NCBI GenBank assembly: GCA_005223125.1
Contig: NJBH01000004.1
Coordinates: 1-64,000 of the forward strand
DNA length: 64,000 nucleotides
Direction of reading: 5' to 3'
Origin: Promethearchaeota archaeon Loki_b32
Lineage (GTDB): Archaea; Asgardarchaeota; Lokiarchaeia; Sigyniarchaeales; SOKP01
Both the position numbers and the translations under genes were made by a program. The notes under the pieces were generated by a model. The model searched no databases and was not told the origin of the DNA. It saw nothing but the letters and a program-made list of their open reading frames with translations. Shown piece after piece: positions 38,959-49,893 of this stretch; within the stretch, counting starts at the first letter, position 1; the number at the start of each line of letters is the position of its first letter.

Positions 38959-40395
38959 TTAAGGCCTCCCTCTTACAGGTCGGCATTTCCAATAATAATT
39001 ACGAAATCCTCCACCTTCATGCATTAACCTAAAGGTTAATTCAACAGGCATATCAATTTTGACATTTTCCTCTGGTTTGTCAATTTCAGTCATATCTAAC
39101 ATTATACGACCCCCACCCTCTAGATCTATTACACATCTCGGAACAGGAGTATTTAAGTAAGCTCCTCCATATAAATGATCTAAAGTGTAAGTAAAAACAG
39201 TACCTTTTAAAGCAAGTTTTACAAATTCAAATTGATTGTCTGTTCTGCAATTGTAGCAACTTTTATACATCATTGGATATTGAATAGTTCCGCAATTTTT
39301 ACATTTAATCCCATACATCTGATATAAAGATTTAGTATCACGCCAGATTGTAACAGCCGAACTCCTTCTCGAATATCTAGTTCTTTCAATAAGTTTCTTG
39401 TTTTCAATCAATGTATTATAATTTTTTATTGGTTCCATAGATTTCTGATGTTTTAATAAACCCATTCGACCTCTTGAAGCGTTTTTTAAAAGGTTTTTAT
39501 CTCTTACTTGTAATAAAATCGCATCTGCACCATCGCCGTACCCTGCGAAAATTATTTTTGCTTCAGGTTTAGGTCTTCTCAGAGCAGCTATTAAAAGCAG
39601 GAATGCCATTGGAGTTCCAGTACATCCTAGTTGGAGGAATAACCCATTTTGAGCAATTCCTGGAGGAAATTTCACCATTTTCGCGACTACGCCAAGTACC
39701 CTAGGATCATGATAATGATAAGCAGCAGTAGCAATTTCTTCAGGTTTTAAATTATTTTTTTCTAAAAGCACAGTCATAGCTTTTGTTAAGCTTTGAAAAT
39801 AAAATTTATTATCCATTTTATCCTGAAATGTCTTAATGAATTTATCTCCAGTTTTTTTCCAAGGACCAGTAACATTTGCCGAAACTGAATAATAATCTTC
39901 AATTGAAATTGGTAGTAAATCTTCTTCGGCAATAAGTAAGGCAGCAGCACCGTCAGATAAACTATATTCCCAAAATGTTCCTGGTTCAGGTTCTCTAGTA
40001 TCAGCAGCAATAATTAGAATACTTTTTACATCATTATTTGCTTTTATGGTTTCTACTGCTCTGCATACAGCAGTTGTTCCTGCCCTTAACGTGTCTGTGA
40101 AGTCTGTAGTTACAATATCATCCCTTAAGTCCAAGACATTAGCAATAAACGATGCTGAATTTTTCTCAGTATAAACCTGAGTGGTTGTAGCATAGAAAAG
40201 ACCATCAATAGTTTTAGGGTCAATTCCATATAAACAATCCAAACCGGCCTCAACTCCCATTGTAATGCTGTCTTCGTCAGCACTAGCTAATGCCTTAGTA
40301 CCAGGCATAGACGGAAAATCCCAAGCCTTAGCAACTAAATCCCTAGGTAATAAATACTTGGGTAAATAAGCTCCATATGATTTAATTCCAATCAA
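38959..40395 (-). CDS. HMG-CoA synthase-like + DUF35 (Zn-ribbon/OB-fold) fusion
   Basis: GIKSYGAYLP, DEDSITMG; C-terminal KCKNCG…CYNC and OB fold ending NYYWKCRP. Confidence 0.85.
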   Translation of the reverse strand: MIGIKSYGAYLPKYLLPRDLVAKAWDFPSMPGTKALASADEDSITMGVEAGLDCLYGIDPKTIDGLFYATTTQVYTEKNSASFIANVLDLRDDIVTTDFTDTLRAGTTAVCRAVETIKANNDVKSILIIAADTREPEPGTFWEYSLSDGAAALLIAEEDLLPISIEDYYSVSANVTGPWKKTGDKFIKTFQDKMDNKFYFQSLTKAMTVLLEKNNLKPEEIATAAYHYHDPRVLGVVAKMVKFPPGIAQNGLFLQLGCTGTPMAFLLLIAALRRPKPEAKIIFAGYGDGADAILLQVRDKNLLKNASRGRMGLLKHQKSMEPIKNYNTLIENKKLIERTRYSRRSSAVTIWRDTKSLYQMYGIKCKNCGTIQYPMMYKSCYNCRTDNQFEFVKLALKGTVFTYTLDHLYGGAYLNTPVPRCVIDLEGGGRIMLDMTEIDKPEENVKIDMPVELTFRLMHEGGGFRNYYWKCRPVRGRP

Positions 40396-40737
40396 TTTAT
40401 TTTTCTCCCTTTTTGTTTTAAAAATTTAATTATATTCAATTGTAGTATATATTTAGAGTTTTTTATTATTTTTGAGAAAAATATTGAAAAATTTTGCGAT
40501 ATGTGGAATATTAGGTTTTTAGCCCGTAGTACCAGTAGAAATATTACCCATTGACCATGAAATTTCATGACCAAGTTTTTTAGGTTCGATTTAATCATTA
40601 ATTGTCTATTATCAGAATTATTTTTTATAAATTATAGTGTAAATATTTTTATTTATTCTATCTTAAATCTGTTTTACCAAAAATAATTTTATCTTAATTA
40701 TTTTTTATTTCTCTAGAGAATTATTGGTGTAAATAAA

Positions 40738-41196
40738 GTGTCTGCTGAAAAAATTGAACCTTCAGGTGTAACATATGGAGATTTTTGGCCAAGATTGATA
40801 GCTATTATTATTGATGTGATAATCATTGGTATGGTTAGCTGGCTGATTTCATTTTTAATTTTCCTACCGTACTACATATATCATCCTTTTAGAATTGAAG
40901 AAGGGTGGTATACCTTTCCTTTCGACTGGTTAATTGGTTTTTTATACTTCTGGCTCTTAGAGACTTTAAATAAAGGTCAAACTATAGGAAAATTAGCATT
41001 AAGCCTAAGAACGGTGGATGAAAAAACTTTTGGACCAACAACAACAGGAAAATATGCTCTTAATAATCTTTTGAAAGGTGGTGCTTTTCTAATAATAGAT
41101 TTCATTATTGGAATTATTAAGAATTCAGGTGAACCTGAAAAAAGATTAAGGATTATGCAAAATGTATCTGAGACTGTGGTAATATCGACAAAGTAA
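40738..41196 (+). CDS. RDD family membrane protein
   Basis: FWPRLIAIIID, GQTIGK. Confidence 0.88.
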   Translation: MSAEKIEPSGVTYGDFWPRLIAIIIDVIIIGMVSWLISFLIFLPYYIYHPFRIEEGWYTFPFDWLIGFLYFWLLETLNKGQTIGKLALSLRTVDEKTFGPTTTGKYALNNLLKGGAFLIIDFIIGIIKNSGEPEKRLRIMQNVSETVVISTK

Positions 41197-41374
41197 TAAC
41201 TATCAGAAATTTAAAATAGTACTAATAGTTCAAATTTCCTTTTTTTTTTCACAAAAATAATAAAAAACTTAAAAATCCATACATAAAATTTTAACTTCTT
41301 TATTTCTTGAGAATTATTACTAATAATCTTGTAGAGCCACGCCAGATTCATTATCTCCTTCATAAAGGTTTTAA

Positions 41375-41425
41375 ATTGATGCTTTTAGCATCAATAATAT
41401 AGTTTAATATGCTTATAGCATCAAT
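41375..41425. promoter_or_regulatory. Tandem palindromic operators (ATTGATGCT-N3-AGCATCAAT), 30-bp period
   Basis: Perfect arms at 41375-41395; second copy ATGCTTATAGCATCAAT ending 41425. Confidence 0.55.
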
Positions 41426-41523
41426 AAATAATATCATGAATAAGAATATCTAAAAGTAAAAAATCAGTTAAAATTTAGCTTTAAAATCATGGTTTTTTTT
41501 AAATTCCTATAACCAATTTCATA

Positions 41524-41593
41524 TTTACAAGTTTTACAAGATTATATTACAAGATTTACAAGATTTAAATAGTAATCTTGTATAAACTACAAG
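41524..41593. repeat. Cluster of TTTACAAG-like direct and inverted repeats
   Basis: Copies at 41524, 41533, 41546, 41555, inverted 41575, partial 41587. Confidence 0.6.
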
Positions 41594-41980
41594 TTTTAAT
41601 CATGGATGCATTATTAAAAAACCTAAAAGAATGTTTATAACCCGTGAAGTATTATCCTAATCAATTTTAGAGAAAAATTTTACCTATGAAAAATTAAGTA
41701 AGATTCCTCTGAATATATACCTTAATTGATTTTATTATAATTTTAAATTTTTTAGAATTAATATATTTCATTAAATTAAAGTAAGAAATTTAATAGCCTA
41801 AATTTTTAACATAAATTCTATTTGATTTCCAGTTATAATCTTCTGAGTTTTGCCTCAATTAGAAAATCTGGTTGTTTACGTCTTTTTAGGGGAAACAAAT
41901 GGGCAACTCATTACAGAAATATTTTTCTGTTGTGATATAATTATCTAATTAAATCAAATATTTTTTAAGGGAGAATAATT

Positions 41981-43357
41981 ATGAATGGACCCGTTGAACC
42001 TTTTAAGATTAAGATGGTTGAACATGTTAAAATACCTTCTGAGAAAAGAAGAAAAGAAGCAATTAGGAATGCTGGATTTAATACATTTTTACTTTATTCT
42101 GATGATGTATTTATTGATTTATTAACAGATTCTGGAACTACTGCTATGTCTGATAACCAATGGGCAGGCATGATGCTCGGAGATGAGGCATACGCAGGCA
42201 GTAAATCCTTTTATAACTTTGAAAAAGCAATACAAGATGTATTGGGGTATAAATATGTTGTACCTACTCATCAAGGACGTGGTGCTGAACATTTGATGTA
42301 TGGTCATCTTACAAATCCAGGGCAAATTGTTCCAAGAAATATGTATTTCACAACCTCCAAAGCTCATGTAGAATTAGCAGGAGGAACCATGCTTGATGTT
42401 ATTATTGATGACGCTCATGATCCTGAGAATGAAAATCCTTTTAAGGGGAATTTAGATTTTAAAAAGCTTCAAAATCTAATTGATAAGTATGGACCAGAAA
42501 AAATTGCTTTTGTAAATGTAGAATTAAATGTTAATATGAGTGGTGGCCAACCAGTTTCAATGAAAAATTTACGAGAACTAAAGGAATTCTGTGATAAATA
42601 TAAATTAAAGATTATATTCGACGCCACACGCTCAAGTGAGAATGCTTACTTCATTAGAGAGCGAGAAAAAGGTTATGAAAATACACCAATAATTGACATT
42701 CTTAGAGAGATGATGAGCTATTCAGATGGGTGTATATATAGCGCGAAGAAGGATTGTTTAGTTAATATGGGTGGATTTCTAGCGACTCATAATAAAGATA
42801 TATTCGAATACACTAGGGGGATGGTTGTTTTATTCGAAGGTCTACATACATATGGGGGTATGGCAGGCCGAGATATGGAAGCTGTCGCTCGAGGCTTACG
42901 AGAAGGTGCTGAATATGAGTATTTGAAGTATCGTATAAATCAAGTTCGATATTTAGGCGAGCTATTGATGAAAGCGGGTGTTTCTATAGTAAAACCAATT
43001 GGTAGTCATGGTGTTTTTATTGATGCCTTGAAATTCTTACCTCACCTCCCACGGGATCAATGGCCAGCACAAACTCTTTCAGCTGCCATTTATGAAGATT
43101 CTGCCGTTAGGACAATGGAAAGAGGGGCAGTTTCTAAAGGCAGAGATAAGGAAACAGGTGAAAATATCTTTCCAAAATTAGAGCTTGTTAGACTTACAAT
43201 TCCTCGAAGAGTGTACACTAATACTCATATGGAGTACACAGCGGAATCAATTATAAGACTTTATAAGAAGAGGGATTCAATAACAGGTTTAAAAATGGTT
43301 TTTGAACCTAAACATTTGCGGTTTTTCCAGGCGAGATTCGAACAACTTAGTCTTTAA
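41981..43357 (+). CDS. tpl: Tyrosine phenol-lyase
   Basis: EPFKIK, IDLLTDSG, GDEAYAGS, SAKKD; TPL-type MERG and LRFF (tryptophanase has LRHF). Confidence 0.88.
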   Translation: MNGPVEPFKIKMVEHVKIPSEKRRKEAIRNAGFNTFLLYSDDVFIDLLTDSGTTAMSDNQWAGMMLGDEAYAGSKSFYNFEKAIQDVLGYKYVVPTHQGRGAEHLMYGHLTNPGQIVPRNMYFTTSKAHVELAGGTMLDVIIDDAHDPENENPFKGNLDFKKLQNLIDKYGPEKIAFVNVELNVNMSGGQPVSMKNLRELKEFCDKYKLKIIFDATRSSENAYFIREREKGYENTPIIDILREMMSYSDGCIYSAKKDCLVNMGGFLATHNKDIFEYTRGMVVLFEGLHTYGGMAGRDMEAVARGLREGAEYEYLKYRINQVRYLGELLMKAGVSIVKPIGSHGVFIDALKFLPHLPRDQWPAQTLSAAIYEDSAVRTMERGAVSKGRDKETGENIFPKLELVRLTIPRRVYTNTHMEYTAESIIRLYKKRDSITGLKMVFEPKHLRFFQARFEQLSL

Positions 43358-43867
43358 AAATTCTAAAACCTTTTTTTAAGCTTTTCGTGTATAATATGCC
43401 ATTAGGCTAGAATACATGTAATATCAAAAAGTTCTGGATAAGGGTTAATTTTCTAATGTTATACATGATTGGCTTCTGGAAAAAGAATATAAATTATTAA
43501 AAAAAAGATTTATAAAAAAATGATTTAAAAATAAAAGAAATCATCTGAATTAAGGAGCTCATTCACATCGGTTTGGGAAAATTGAATTTATATTGGTAAA
43601 TATGATACTCTTTTGGTTGAAAATGATGCATATTTCATAAAAGAAATTTAAATTTATTCCTAATTTACCAAAAAAAAAGAAATTATATTGTTATTCAAGA
43701 CAAAAAATTGGTCCAAATAAGAATCTGGATCGAAAAAGAAAATAATGCTTTCAATATATTAAGAGATATTGGAAAGGTAAAAAACTTTAATCATTTAAGT
43801 TTTTTTTATTTTTGTTAATTATATATTCCTTTGTTGTTTTAAATATTGTTTATTATCTGTATTGCAT

Positions 43868-45058
43868 TTAGAGTTGCTGGATCGCCTTCTTGATCCGATC
43901 GAGCCCTTCTTTTAGTATTTTACGGGGATACCCAATACTTAAACGTTGAAATCCTTCTCCATTCGCCAAGAAATCCCGCCCATCGTAAGGGATAATATGG
44001 GCATTTTTAATGAGATGCTGAAATACTTGATTTGGAGCCAGTGGAACTTTCCGAAAATCGAGCCAAATGAGCGGAGTGCCTTCACGGAGGATTAAATCAA
44101 TATTCATCTCGTGTTCTGTTAGATAATCTTGCACAAAACGAAAGTTATCATCCAAGTATTGGTTCAATAAATCTACCCATGGGGCACATTGATTATAAGC
44201 AGCTTGCATTCCGAGAATCCCAAATATATTAGGTGCATAAATAAATTTTTTATCAAAAAAGTGGAAAAAGGGTGCCCTTATCTCTGGATTTTTAATAAAA
44301 ATATTAGAGATTTTTAGGCCAGAAGTATTAAACGTTTTGGTCATTGAACTGAGAACAATCGTTTTTAACCCTAATTCAGGAGAAATATCCGCAATTGAGG
44401 TATAGTGATGCCCTTGCGAGATAAGATCACAATGAATCTCATCGGACACAATCATTACATTATAATTCAAGCATAAATCCCCTAGACGTTGCAATTCCAT
44501 TCGGGTCCAGACGCGTCCCACTGGGTTATGCGGATTACATAAGATAACGAGTTTGAGGGAATGCGTTTGAAACGTACGTTCAATCTGATCGAAATCCATA
44601 TGATAAGTGCCTTTTTCAAGGCGAAGAGGAACCATAATAAGTTTTCGAGCCTGATCAGTTGCAGCTTCTGCCAAAGGTCTGTAAATCGGTGGAAAAATTA
44701 AGATTTCATCTCCTGGATTCGTAAAAAATTGGATAACATTCCGTAAACTAAATATGACGCCCGTAGAATAGAGAATTTCTTCCCGCGAAAACTTGATATT
44801 ATGCCGATGTTGATACCATTGAATGACTGAATCATAATAATCGGGCTTGACTAACGTATATCCATATATCCCGTGATTATTGCGTTGTTGCAGAATATCA
44901 ATAATGGGTTGGGGACATTCAAAATCCATTTCTGCATGGTTAAATGGGAGAAGATCTGCTGTACCAAATCGTTCGATCATGTAATTGGGATCCCATTTAA
45001 TGGACCACGTCCGTGTTCTGTCCAGATATTTATCAAAAAGATCCAGAGAAAAGTCCAT
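43868..45058 (-). CDS. MalY/PatB PLP-dependent C-S lyase/aminotransferase
   Basis: SIKWD, AEMDF, HGIYGY, LCNPHNPVGRVW, SDEIH, KTFN. Confidence 0.9.
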   Translation of the reverse strand: MDFSLDLFDKYLDRTRTWSIKWDPNYMIERFGTADLLPFNHAEMDFECPQPIIDILQQRNNHGIYGYTLVKPDYYDSVIQWYQHRHNIKFSREEILYSTGVIFSLRNVIQFFTNPGDEILIFPPIYRPLAEAATDQARKLIMVPLRLEKGTYHMDFDQIERTFQTHSLKLVILCNPHNPVGRVWTRMELQRLGDLCLNYNVMIVSDEIHCDLISQGHHYTSIADISPELGLKTIVLSSMTKTFNTSGLKISNIFIKNPEIRAPFFHFFDKKFIYAPNIFGILGMQAAYNQCAPWVDLLNQYLDDNFRFVQDYLTEHEMNIDLILREGTPLIWLDFRKVPLAPNQVFQHLIKNAHIIPYDGRDFLANGEGFQRLSIGYPRKILKEGLDRIKKAIQQL

Positions 45059-45233
45059 GATATGAGTTATTATAGGAAAAATAGAAATTAAAACCCATCA
45101 AATTTTTTTCGTTATAATGATTTTCTAGAATTATTTTCAATTATAACTAAAATGATTTAACTTTCGGTTCTCTTAATAGAATTAGAGTGTCATCACTAAG
45201 ATTTGAGCATAAATCGAAAATCCAACTTCTTCA

Positions 45234-45320
45234 GTTAGACTCCATGAGAAGAGAGATATTATTCCTGGTTTAAAAATGATTTTTAGGACTAAAAATTTGC
45301 GATTTTTCCAAGTAATTTAG
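45234..45320 (+). pseudogene. Short decayed tpl 3'-end copy
   Basis: VRLHEKRDIIPGLKMIFRTKNLRFFQ vs IRLYKKRDSITGLKMVFEPKHLRFFQ. Confidence 0.75.
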
Positions 45321-45519
45321 AAAGATAAAAAGTTGAGAATCAAATCGCTTCTATTTTATGATGAAAGGGGAACTCCAATGGCGTTTACTGATGAGAATAA
45401 ACATTTCTTTACTTTATTGTTGAAAGATTGTAAATATCTATGAAAAATCTGCGTATAATCATGGGGAAAAAAATAAATCAAAAAAAAAAGGTTTTAATTT
45501 ATTAAAGGAGAAGGTTCCA

Positions 45520-45852
45520 GCTTTAAAATTCTTACCTCACCTTCCACGAGACCAATGGCCAGCACAAACTCTTTCAGCTGCTATCTATGAAGATTCTGCT
45601 GTTAGGACAATGGAAAGAGAGGCAGTTTCTAAAGGTAGAGATAAAGACACAGGTGAAAATATATTTCCCCCCTTAGAATTAGTCAGATTTACAATACCAC
45701 GTAGAGTATACACAAATACTCATATGGAATATATAGCGGAGTCCATAGTTAGACTCTACGAGAAGAGAGACACAATACCAGGTTTAAAAATGGTTTTTGA
45801 ACCTAAACATTTAAGGTTTTTCCAGGCTAGATTCGAACAACTGGCTTTCTAA
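45520..45852 (+). pseudogene. tpl 3' fragment (last ~110 codons)
   Basis: ALKFLPHLPRDQWPAQTL…HLRFFQARFEQL nearly identical to the tpl C-terminus; no 5' part. Confidence 0.88.
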
Positions 45853-45856
45853 AAAA

Positions 45857-46333
45857 CTAAAACCTTTTTTCTAGAACTGTAATAATCGGTTGAAAGCCTA
45901 CTTTACTAAATACATCAAGCAATTTTTTATCTGTAGTGTATGAGAGATTGATTCGTATAGAATCAGTTCCCCAAGATTCCAAAATTTGAATTGCCCTATC
46001 TGCTAAGATTTTACCCACACCCTTTCCAATAAATTCTTTTTTTGTAGCCCAATTATCTAAATAACCAATATATCTTCCAAGTGTATTTTTTACAGCTTCA
46101 ATCATCCCCATGCTTACAACTTGACCCGTGGATTTTAATTCTGCGATTAATGTAATTCGTTTAAGATTTGGTTTAAATTGCCTTAATCCTGAAGATTCTC
46201 TCCATTGTTTTTCATTAAACCCAATATCAAACATCTCATTTAATTCTTTTAAAATCTCTAAAGTGGCTTGATAATCTGAAGTACGGTAATTTCTAATAAT
46301 AATACCATCTTCTTGAATTTCATCTTTTGACAT
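45857..46333 (-). CDS. GNAT acetyltransferase
   Basis: IRNYRTSD, FIGKGVGKIL acetyl-CoA motif. Confidence 0.8.
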   Translation of the reverse strand: MSKDEIQEDGIIIRNYRTSDYQATLEILKELNEMFDIGFNEKQWRESSGLRQFKPNLKRITLIAELKSTGQVVSMGMIEAVKNTLGRYIGYLDNWATKKEFIGKGVGKILADRAIQILESWGTDSIRINLSYTTDKKLLDVFSKVGFQPIITVLEKRF

Positions 46334-46347
46334 ATTTATTAACCTTT

Positions 46348-47397
46348 TTAATTAGATATTTTATTTATTAATTTTAAATCAATCCTATGTATAAGAATTT
46401 TTTCACTAATACCAATATCATCTTCTTGCTTAATAGTAACTAAATATTCATCAATATGAGGCACTATTGGTGTGACAAACAAGAGTTCCTCCTGAGGGAA
46501 CCAGAAATCAACCTTTTGGCTCATTACTTCTTTTTCAAAATATTCTTTTACATGAGTTATTATGACAGACATATTTGTTAGATCTTTATCTGTATTATTC
46601 TGAACTGTAATTTCAATTTCTTGGCTGTTTTCAATAAAATTAAGGTTTGTAATTACGAGTTGCGATAATGGTAAAATACTATCTGTTGCTTTTTTCGATG
46701 AATCAAAGAGTTCTATGTTTGTAAAGCCACCTTCTCCTTTTAAACTGCTAAGAGGAGAGAACTCAAAACCTTTAAGAGAAAAATATGATATAGCCTTCTG
46801 TGTCTTGAAAGATGGGGATTCTGCTCTTGTTTCAATAGCTTTTGAAAAATATTCTTTAATAGTTTTATCGATTAATTCCCTCATAAAAACCTTGGTTTTC
46901 ATTCCTTGAGAAATACGTTCTTGAATCTTTGGTGTCTTTATCACAAAATCTGTAACAATTTCACTTTCTATAACCTTATACAATTTATCTTCGAAATTAT
47001 ATCGTAATTCTTCTGTTAACCTTTTAATTAACTCATCTCCGAAAATATCTATTTCAACTGGTAGAGACACAATGATAACTATTGTTTCTGGAGTTTCTGC
47101 CTTAAGTCCTGCTCTCCTTTTTTGTCTTTCTGATTTTGCGAGAAATTTTTTTCCAAAAAATGTATATCCTTTATATTCTAAATCAATATGGTCGAGTTCT
47201 TCAGTTTCTAAGAACCAAACCGGATGATAATTTATGGGGCGCATGTATCTTGTATCATTTCTAAGCCGATCATCAGGATATATTAATAGTGGCACCTGAC
47301 CACGTTTTTCATCGAAAAACATAACATATACAACACATAAAGCTTCATTAGGATTTTTTTCCACTTTTATATCAAAAATATCCGACACGGCAACCAA
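46348..47397 (-). CDS. Hypothetical protein with uDENN/longin-like N-terminus and Ig-like C-terminus
   Basis: VMFFDEKRGQVPLLIYP resembles the uDENN FDxxxG…YP start; EITVQNNTDKDLTNMSV beta-sandwich. Confidence 0.5.
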   Translation of the reverse strand: MVAVSDIFDIKVEKNPNEALCVVYVMFFDEKRGQVPLLIYPDDRLRNDTRYMRPINYHPVWFLETEELDHIDLEYKGYTFFGKKFLAKSERQKRRAGLKAETPETIVIIVSLPVEIDIFGDELIKRLTEELRYNFEDKLYKVIESEIVTDFVIKTPKIQERISQGMKTKVFMRELIDKTIKEYFSKAIETRAESPSFKTQKAISYFSLKGFEFSPLSSLKGEGGFTNIELFDSSKKATDSILPLSQLVITNLNFIENSQEIEITVQNNTDKDLTNMSVIITHVKEYFEKEVMSQKVDFWFPQEELLFVTPIVPHIDEYLVTIKQEDDIGISEKILIHRIDLKLINKISN

Positions 47398-47711
47398 TTC
47401 AAGAAAAATTCTAAGGATAATTATAATTCCTTATTCAGAAGAAAAAAATTCTTCTTATTCTAAAAATTTAACTATAAAAAAGTGTAAATCTAATAAAAAT
47501 ACTTGTATTTTGCCCTTTTTTTTTGATTTAGACCGTTTGATTCTAATGCTGAGTGTTTGAGGTTTCAATGTGCTGATATTAAGAAGGTAATTCAATCATT
47601 TCAATATTCCTTTCTATAACATAAGAAATTAGTTTTATATGTATAGAAATTTCATAAAACTTTTTTATTTCAAAACGACTTTCTTTTTTATCAAAAAATC
47701 TCAAAACTTTA

Positions 47712-48806
47712 GTGAAACGAAAAATGCAAATTATAGATATTAAAACTCACTTAGTTCAGCTCAATTTTTCTATTAAAATTGGGAGCATGCCAAGGTTTAA
47801 AGCTTCAGGATTGTACACGCAAATTATAACTGACGAGGATATTGAAGGATGGGCATTATCTCATTGGAATTTGTCCAATCTTGCGCAAAAACAATTTATT
47901 GATGATGCTCTTAGCAAGCTACTAATTAACAAAGACCCTTTCATGACAGATGCGATTTATAACGAAATTTACCATGTAACAAATAGGATAATGTTTGGAA
48001 TACCTCAAGCTACGAGTGCAGTAATGATAGCATTAATGGATATCATTGGAAAAGCCACTAAGCAACCAATCTATAAGATACTTGGGGGCCGAAAGCAGAA
48101 AGTGAAGGCATACGCATCACTATTTCGAGTTTATAAACCTAAGGCAGCGGTAGGTGCAACTCAAGCCGCGATCGAGACAGGAGGGTTTAATGCTGTTAAG
48201 TTAAGGATCGGACAAGGTATTAAAAAAGATGAAGCCCTCCTAAAAGCTGTCCGAGACGCTTTTCCTGATATAGAATTAATGGTGGATGTTAACTCAGGTT
48301 ATACTTCAGTTATGGATGCCTTAAAGATTGCTAAACTTTGTTATAAATATGATCTGACTTGGTTGGAAGAACCTTTACCTTCTGATAATCTTAATGGCCT
48401 TGCCAAATTGAGAGAGCTTTCTCCAGTTCCAATTGCTGGTGGTGAAAATGACATGGGAATATTCCGATTTGAGGACATTCTGGATAAAAATTGCTACGAT
48501 ATAATCCAACCGGATGTAACTCGATGTGGTAGTTATATGGAGATAAAGAAGATTGATGCTTTAGCAGAGGTGAAAGGTGTGCGTTGTATTCCTCACATTT
48601 TTGGCTACGGTCATATCCTAGCTGCTAATCTTCATTTTATAATGGCTTCGAGATGTGAATTTTGTGAATTTCCTTATTATCCTGAGCAATTTCAAATGCT
48701 TGAAGAACCAATAAAAGTTGAAAAAGGATTTGTCAAAGCTATAGAAAAACCGGGATTGGGTGTAGAGATTAACAAGAAAATGTTTGAAGAAAATGTAATT
48801 AATTAA
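47712..48806 (+). CDS. Mandelate racemase/muconate lactonizing enzyme family
   Basis: VKLRIG, MVDVN, WLEEP, GGENDM, QPDVTRCG, PGLGVE. Confidence 0.9.
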   Translation: MKRKMQIIDIKTHLVQLNFSIKIGSMPRFKASGLYTQIITDEDIEGWALSHWNLSNLAQKQFIDDALSKLLINKDPFMTDAIYNEIYHVTNRIMFGIPQATSAVMIALMDIIGKATKQPIYKILGGRKQKVKAYASLFRVYKPKAAVGATQAAIETGGFNAVKLRIGQGIKKDEALLKAVRDAFPDIELMVDVNSGYTSVMDALKIAKLCYKYDLTWLEEPLPSDNLNGLAKLRELSPVPIAGGENDMGIFRFEDILDKNCYDIIQPDVTRCGSYMEIKKIDALAEVKGVRCIPHIFGYGHILAANLHFIMASRCEFCEFPYYPEQFQMLEEPIKVEKGFVKAIEKPGLGVEINKKMFEENVIN

Positions 48807-48894
48807 TTGATTTTTAATTTAAAGATAAACTAGCGAAGATCGTATGAATTTTCAAATTAGTTAAAACAAAAATTTTTTTGCTTCCTTAGAAAAT

Positions 48895-49824
48895 ATGACA
48901 GACGTAAACTATATTTTCTTGTTATCTCTCACGATAATTGTAATAGGGTATATTCTCAAAAAACTAAACATAATTTCAGAAGAAAATGGCAAAACAATTG
49001 CAAAAGTAGTTTTTAATGTTACATTACCGGCTTTAATTTTAAATGTTATAATCTCTATTGAAATTACTCCCTCTTTAGGCCTGATAACCCTAATTTCCAT
49101 CCTTTATTGTATTCCTATTCTTGTTTTAGCTTTTACACTTTTTAGAAATTATCCAAAAGAAATAAAAGGATTAATTTTCATGGCAGTTATAGGATTTAAT
49201 GTAGGTCATTTTGCGTATCCTTTAATTGAAGGAATTTGGAATGAAGAAGGGCTTAAATATATTGCGATGTTCGACATTGGAAACGCAATGGTAATTTTTG
49301 TTATTTGTTATATTTTAGGGCTAATTTATTCACCTAATAATGAATTCCAGGATAAAAAAGAGTTAGCTAAGAATATCTTATTTAAGTTATTGTAATCAGC
49401 TCCATTAATGAGTTATATTATAGCTATTATCTTGAATTTCCTAAATATGGGATTCCCTATTTTTGTTTTAGATATATTAGATGTCTTATCAAGAGCAAAT
49501 ATGGCTTTAACTTTACTATTATTAGGAATTTTCTTAAATTTTAAGTTCGAAAAATCACAGTGGAAAAATGCTTTTATTGTACTTATTATTCGATATTCTT
49601 TTGGATTGGTAATTGGACTTATATTGTTTTTCTCATTACCATTTGATCAGTTATATAGAGGAATATTGGCTATTGCTCTAATTCTACCAATTGGTTTAGC
49701 AATTATCCCTTTTACAGTAGAATTCGAGTATAATGAGAGGTTTGCTGGAATGGTTGCTAATTTAACAATTATTATCTCATTTGTACTTCTTTGGGTCGTA
49801 ATTATACTCTTAGGATTCGGATAA
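48895..49824 (+). pseudogene. AEC family transporter split by an in-frame TAA (49393-49395)
   Basis: NVTLPAL, NVGHFAYPL; the two ORFs are in frame (KLL*SAPLMS). Confidence 0.75.
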
Positions 49825-49893
49825 TATTAAAGAAAGTTTTTAATGAAAAGTTGGTTTAAAACCTAAATATAGAACAAATTTTGGAGAAATAAA

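Noticed and set aside
41524-41593. CRISPR array
   Set aside because: Repeats are only 7-8 bp with no unique spacers and no cas genes
41981-43357. Tryptophanase
   Set aside because: Specificity motifs (MERG, LRFF) match tyrosine phenol-lyase
49393-49395. Programmed read-through in AEC transporter
   Set aside because: The codon is TAA; a simple nonsense mutation or sequencing error is sufficient
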